A DNA stretch of 64,000 nt from Candidatus Omnitrophota bacterium (GTDB lineage Bacteria; Omnitrophota; Gorgyraeia; Gygaellales; Profunditerraquicolaceae): contig JAPLLV010000057.1 in the NCBI GenBank assembly GCA_026387405.1, forward strand, positions 1,503 through 65,502. The letters run 5' to 3'. Positions 60,063-64,000 of the stretch are shown here, one piece after another. The translations under genes and the position numbers were made by a program. A model generated the notes under the pieces. It was not told where the DNA came from, did no database searches, and worked only from the letters and a program-made list of their open reading frames with translations. The stretch's first letter is position 1. Each line of letters starts with the position of its first letter.

Positions 60063-61793
60063 GTGCATATTAGCGACTACCACCGCCGCTTCAATGCGGT
60101 ATTCTTCCTATTCTTCCTATTTTTCTTTTTCTGCATAGCCCGTCTTTTGTTCATCCAGTTTTTTCGCGGCCGCTACCTTGCCGGCGTAGCCAAAAAACAA
60201 CAGAATTTATTCGTGGAATTGGAGGCGCGCCGGGGAGCTGTCTTCGATGTGAACCTCAAGCCCCAGGCCGTGAATGTTTCGGTAGATTCCCTCTACGCCT
60301 CAAGCAGCGAGATACCGGACAAGATAAAACCCGCGCTCATCAGGCAGCTTGGCGCTATCTTGGGCGTGGATCAGGGTTATCTAAAGGATAAGTTATTCCG
60401 TAATAAATCTTTTGTCTGGCTGGCGCGAAAAATACCTTCGGCCGAGAGCGAGTCCGTGAGGCGCTTAAATGTAAGGGGCCTGGATTTTATCAAAGAGAGC
60501 AAACGCTGTTATCCTAACGGCTATTTGAGCAGCCACGCTTTAGGCTTCGCGGGATTGGATAATACGGGTCTCGAGGGGCTCGAGCTGCATTATAATAAAT
60601 ATTTAAAGGGCGAACCCGGGTGGACCTTTATCCTGCGGGACGCGCGCCAGAAAAAACTGGATCTCTCCGACAGGGTGCTTATGCCGAAGGACGGGTATAA
60701 CCTTGTCCTGACCATCGACGAAGTCATCCAGTACATAGCCGAGAGGGAACTGGACAAGGCCTTCCGCGAGCATCATGCCAAGGGTGCCAGCATCGTGGTG
60801 ATGAATCCGCATACCGGGGCGATCCTCGCCATAGCAAACCGGCCTACCTATGATCTAAATGAATATTCTTCTTCAGCTAAGGATGCCCGGCGTAACCGCG
60901 CGATCTGCGATATGTTTGAGCCCGGTTCGGTATTCAAGATCGTTACCTGTTCAGCAGTGCTTGAAGAAGGCAAGGTTAAGGAGAGCGATAGATTTTTCTG
61001 CGAGAACGGGGCCTGGCAGGTGGCAGGGCATGTCCTTCACGACCACCAGCCGCATGGCTGGCTTAGCTTTGCCGAGGTGATCGAGGAGTCCAGCAATATC
61101 GGCACCGTAAAGGCAGCCCAGATCCTGGGGCAGGAATTACTTTATAAATACGCGCGGCTTTTTGGATTCGGGTCCAGGTCCGGTATCGACCTGCCGGGAG
61201 AGATCGGGGGGATGTTGAAGCCGACTAGGTTCTGGTCTAAGACATCGATCACCGCCGTGCCTATGGGGCAGGAGGTGGCGGTTACGGCGTTACAATTAGT
61301 CACGGCCATCTCGGTGATCGCCAACGGCGGACAACTGATGAAACCTTACGTGGTAGATCAGATACGGGATAAATATGAAGAGCCGATCAAAAGATTCTCT
61401 CCGCAGTTAGTGCGTAAGGTTATTTCTGTGGATACCGCAAGCCGTGTCAAGGCAATACTTACGGCGGTAGTGGAGAGCGGCACGGGAAAAATGGCGAAAG
61501 TCCCCGGTTATTCCGCGGCAGGTAAGACCGGCACGGCCCAGAAATTAGAGCCAAATGGCGCTTATTCGCACAATAAATTCACCGCCTCATTCATAGGCTT
61601 TGCTCCGGCAGAAGACCCGGTAATAGCAGTGGCTGTGGTATTGGATGAGCCGCATCCTTACTATTTCGGCGGTGTGGTGTCTGCGCCGGTGTTTAAAAAC
61701 GTCTGCGCGGATGTATTACGCTATCTAAGGGTAAAAGAGACTCAAAATCCGACCCCGGCACTTGTCTTAAATGAGACTAACACATCTGATTAA
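60063..61793 (+). CDS. ftsI: Class B penicillin-binding protein (PBP3)
   Basis: EPGSVFK (SxxK); SSN; GKTGTAQ; GLEGLE; dcw cluster context. Confidence 0.9.
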   Translation: MHISDYHRRFNAVFFLFFLFFFFCIARLLFIQFFRGRYLAGVAKKQQNLFVELEARRGAVFDVNLKPQAVNVSVDSLYASSSEIPDKIKPALIRQLGAILGVDQGYLKDKLFRNKSFVWLARKIPSAESESVRRLNVRGLDFIKESKRCYPNGYLSSHALGFAGLDNTGLEGLELHYNKYLKGEPGWTFILRDARQKKLDLSDRVLMPKDGYNLVLTIDEVIQYIAERELDKAFREHHAKGASIVVMNPHTGAILAIANRPTYDLNEYSSSAKDARRNRAICDMFEPGSVFKIVTCSAVLEEGKVKESDRFFCENGAWQVAGHVLHDHQPHGWLSFAEVIEESSNIGTVKAAQILGQELLYKYARLFGFGSRSGIDLPGEIGGMLKPTRFWSKTSITAVPMGQEVAVTALQLVTAISVIANGGQLMKPYVVDQIRDKYEEPIKRFSPQLVRKVISVDTASRVKAILTAVVESGTGKMAKVPGYSAAGKTGTAQKLEPNGAYSHNKFTASFIGFAPAEDPVIAVAVVLDEPHPYYFGGVVSAPVFKNVCADVLRYLRVKETQNPTPALVLNETNTSD

Positions 61794-63264
61794 AATATTA
61801 GAGGCAAATCCGAGTATCCCGGAGGCCTGTGATTTTCAGGTCAGGGGCATCGCCTGCGACTCCAAAAAGGTGGGTGAGGATTTTGTCTTTGTGGCTATAA
61901 AGGGGGCAAGGGCAGACGGCCACAAATTCATCGAGGAAGCTATACAGAGAGGCGCGCGCTTTATCGTGGTCCAGAATTCCAGACCCGCGGTGGAAGAAAA
62001 AAGGGGGATATTTTCGTATAAAGATAATAAAAAAGTAATATTCATAGAAGTTAGCGATACAAGAAAGGCGCTTGCGGACCTGGCAGCGCGTTTTTATGAT
62101 CAGCCTTCGCAAAAACTTAAGGTCATCGGCATTACCGGCACCAATGGCAAGACTACGATCTCGTATTTATTGGAAGCCATATTGAAAAAAGCGTCCTTCA
62201 GTTCCGCGGTAGTCGGGACTATCAATTATCATTTTAAGGATAAGATCATTGCTGCCAAAAACACCACTCCCGGGCCGCTTGAACTTCAGGCGCTGCTTGC
62301 CGAGATGCTTAAAGAGAAAACGGAGTACGTGGCTATGGAGGTTTCTTCGCACGCGCTGGACCAGAGGCGCGTTGAAGGCATAAATTTTCATGCCGCGGTG
62401 TTTACCAACCTGACCCAGGATCACCTTGATTACCATCTGACTTTAGAGGAATATTTTTTGGCCAAGGCAAAATTATTTCAGGGTCTTAGTCCCGGGGCAT
62501 TGGCCATAGTGAATAATGATGATCCTTATGGCCGCAGGATAAGAGATCTCACCCCCGCCAGATTTATCGGTTACGGCATAGATAGTCCGGCAGAGGTCAT
62601 GGCCGTTGATCTGGAATGCGATATTAACAGGACGCGGTTTAAGATCAGGACGGATAAACAAACCATAACTTTAGAAAGCCGCCTGATCGGCAAACACAAT
62701 GTCTACAATATATTAGCAGCGGCAGCCTTTAGTCTGGAAGAGGGCATAGAAGTAAAAAACATAAAAGCGGCAATTGAGGATTTCGTTCTTGTCCCGGGCA
62801 GGCTGGAGAGGATAGAAACTCCTGCGGGATTTTCGGTGTTTGTGGATTACGCGCATACTCCGGACGCGCTTTTTAACGTGCTTACGGCATTGCGCAATGT
62901 ATCTTCAGGCAGGTTGATCCTGGTCTTTGGCTGCGGCGGCGACCGCGATAAGACCAAAAGAGCGAAAATGGGTCAGGTGGCCTCTGAGCTCGCAGATCAC
63001 GTTTTTATTACCAGCGATAACCCGCGCTCAGAGGCCCCGGAGGCTATTATCTCTGATATTATAAAAGGGGTGAAAAAAGAGAACTATGCGGCAGTCGTGG
63101 ACCGCCGTCAGGCCATAGAGAAGGCCCTGGGGACAGCCAGGGAAGGGGATATTGTGCTTCTGGCAGGTAAAGGCCATGAGGATTATCAGATATTTAAAGA
63201 CAAGACCATTCATTTTAGCGACCAGGAAGTAGTGCGTGAATGCTTAAGGGCGCTTAATAAATAA
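61771..63264 (+). CDS. murE: UDP-MurNAc-dipeptide--meso-DAP ligase
   Basis: GITGTNGKTT; MEVSSHAL; DHLDYH; DYAHTPD; DNPR (DAP-type); GKGHE. Confidence 0.96.
   Translation: MRLTHLIKILEANPSIPEACDFQVRGIACDSKKVGEDFVFVAIKGARADGHKFIEEAIQRGARFIVVQNSRPAVEEKRGIFSYKDNKKVIFIEVSDTRKALADLAARFYDQPSQKLKVIGITGTNGKTTISYLLEAILKKASFSSAVVGTINYHFKDKIIAAKNTTPGPLELQALLAEMLKEKTEYVAMEVSSHALDQRRVEGINFHAAVFTNLTQDHLDYHLTLEEYFLAKAKLFQGLSPGALAIVNNDDPYGRRIRDLTPARFIGYGIDSPAEVMAVDLECDINRTRFKIRTDKQTITLESRLIGKHNVYNILAAAAFSLEEGIEVKNIKAAIEDFVLVPGRLERIETPAGFSVFVDYAHTPDALFNVLTALRNVSSGRLILVFGCGGDRDKTKRAKMGQVASELADHVFITSDNPRSEAPEAIISDIIKGVKKENYAAVVDRRQAIEKALGTAREGDIVLLAGKGHEDYQIFKDKTIHFSDQEVVRECLRALNK
61978..61994 (+). repeat. REP family A copy inside the murE coding sequence
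   Basis: TCCAGACCCGCGGTGGA, read as SRPAVE. Confidence 0.85.
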
Positions 63265-63277
63265 TACCAAATATCAT

Positions 63278-63355
63278 CGTCATTGCGAGGGAGCGAAGCT
63301 ACCGAAGCAATCTCAAAGACGGGATTGCTTCGCCCCTTCGGGGCTCGCAATGACG
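63278..63355. repeat. Family B element (simple form) between murE and murF
   Basis: CGTCATTGCGAG...GAAGCAATCTC...GATTGCTTCGCCCCTTCGGGGCTCGCAATGACG. Confidence 0.85.
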
Positions 63356-63370
63356 TTAACTCGGACAGCA

Positions 63371-64000
63371 ATGTTTACCATATCAGAACTATTACAGGCT
63401 ACAAAAGGTAAATTAATCCGCGGGCGCGCCGATATCAGCGTTAGGGGTATCTCTATTGACTCACGCACTATCGAGCCTTCTTATGCCTTTATCGCCATAA
63501 AAGGGGATAATTTCGACGGCCATGATTTTATTGCCCGGGCAATAGCTAAAGGAGCTAAGGCCATAGTCTACCAATCGTCATTGCGAGGGAGATGTTCTCC
63601 TGTCATTGCGAGGAGCGATTTTTGCGACGAAGCAATCTCTAAAAGCGTGATTGCTTCAGCGCCTGCGGCGCTTCGCAATGACGGCGGGGCTCGCAATGAC
63701 AGTAGAAAAGTAGCATTTATTGAAGTCAGGGATACGGTAAAGGCGCTGGGAGATATTGCTAATTTTCACCGTATGCGGTTTGATATTCCGGTGATCGCGG
63801 TTAGCGGTTCTTCGGGCAAGACCACCGCCAAAGAGATGATCGCCCACGTTTTGGCGTTTAAGTTTAAGGTGCTAAAGTCAGAGGGCACAAAAAACAATAA
63901 TATCGGCCTGCCGCTTACCTTACTGCGGCTAACCCCCAAGCATGAGGCGGTAGTCCTAGAGATAGGCACTAACCATTTCGGCGAGGTAAGGAACCTGGTT
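63371..64000 (+). CDS. murF: UDP-MurNAc-tripeptide--D-Ala-D-Ala ligase, 5' part (runs off the window)
   Basis: My translation: MFTISELL...SIDSRTI..FIAIKGDNFDGHDF...VIAVSGSSGKTTAKEMI...NNNIGLPLTLL...LEIGTNHFGE. Confidence 0.93.
   Translation, partial: MFTISELLQATKGKLIRGRADISVRGISIDSRTIEPSYAFIAIKGDNFDGHDFIARAIAKGAKAIVYQSSLRGRCSPVIARSDFCDEAISKSVIASAPAALRNDGGARNDSRKVAFIEVRDTVKALGDIANFHRMRFDIPVIAVSGSSGKTTAKEMIAHVLAFKFKVLKSEGTKNNNIGLPLTLLRLTPKHEAVVLEIGTNHFGEVRNLV
63576..63701. repeat. Nested family B elements (~126 bp) in frame inside murF
   Basis: Two GTCATTGCGAG starts and two CGCAATGAC ends; the reading frame stays open through them. Confidence 0.88.

Overview
A bacterial chromosomal window in which almost all genes lie on the + strand. 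The gene style (giant secreted protein, T2SS/T4P-like cluster, TMTC-like glycosyltransferase) suggests Candidatus Omnitrophota or a similar candidate-phylum lineage; this is an inference only. From 5' to 3' it contains four blocks. (1) An AT-richer island with a signal-peptide-bearing SpvB/FG-GAP/RHS polymorphic toxin, whose C-terminal domain looks like a permuted papain-like enzyme, plus candidate immunity lipoproteins. (2) A T2SS/type IV pilus-like cluster: GspF, prepilins, a broken GspK-like gene, a small MerR/BldC-like regulator, PilMN, PilO/P, a secretin with a very long coiled coil, a GspE ATPase and a TMTC-like glycosyltransferase. (3) A 20-kb gene for a ~6,680-aa fibre-like adhesin built from ~60 GNVGIGTT-bounded modules, followed by two small secreted candidate tip proteins. 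(4) Housekeeping genes (tRNA-Pro, acyP, ligA, xerD, rbfA, nrnA, ribF, and the dcw cluster from mraZ to murF) interspersed with two REP-associated Y1 transposases. The most novel-looking signal is inside the giant gene: the module junction is conserved at the DNA level (GGCAACGTCGGCATCGGGACGACG) while the modules between junctions differ in codon style, and duplicated modules run exactly junction-to-junction. This points to an intragenic cassette-shuffling array. In addition, several families of short palindromic elements are nested within each other and inserted in frame into ribF, murE, murF, the secretin and a pilin leader. All calls were made by eye from the sequence and ORF track; no database searches were run.
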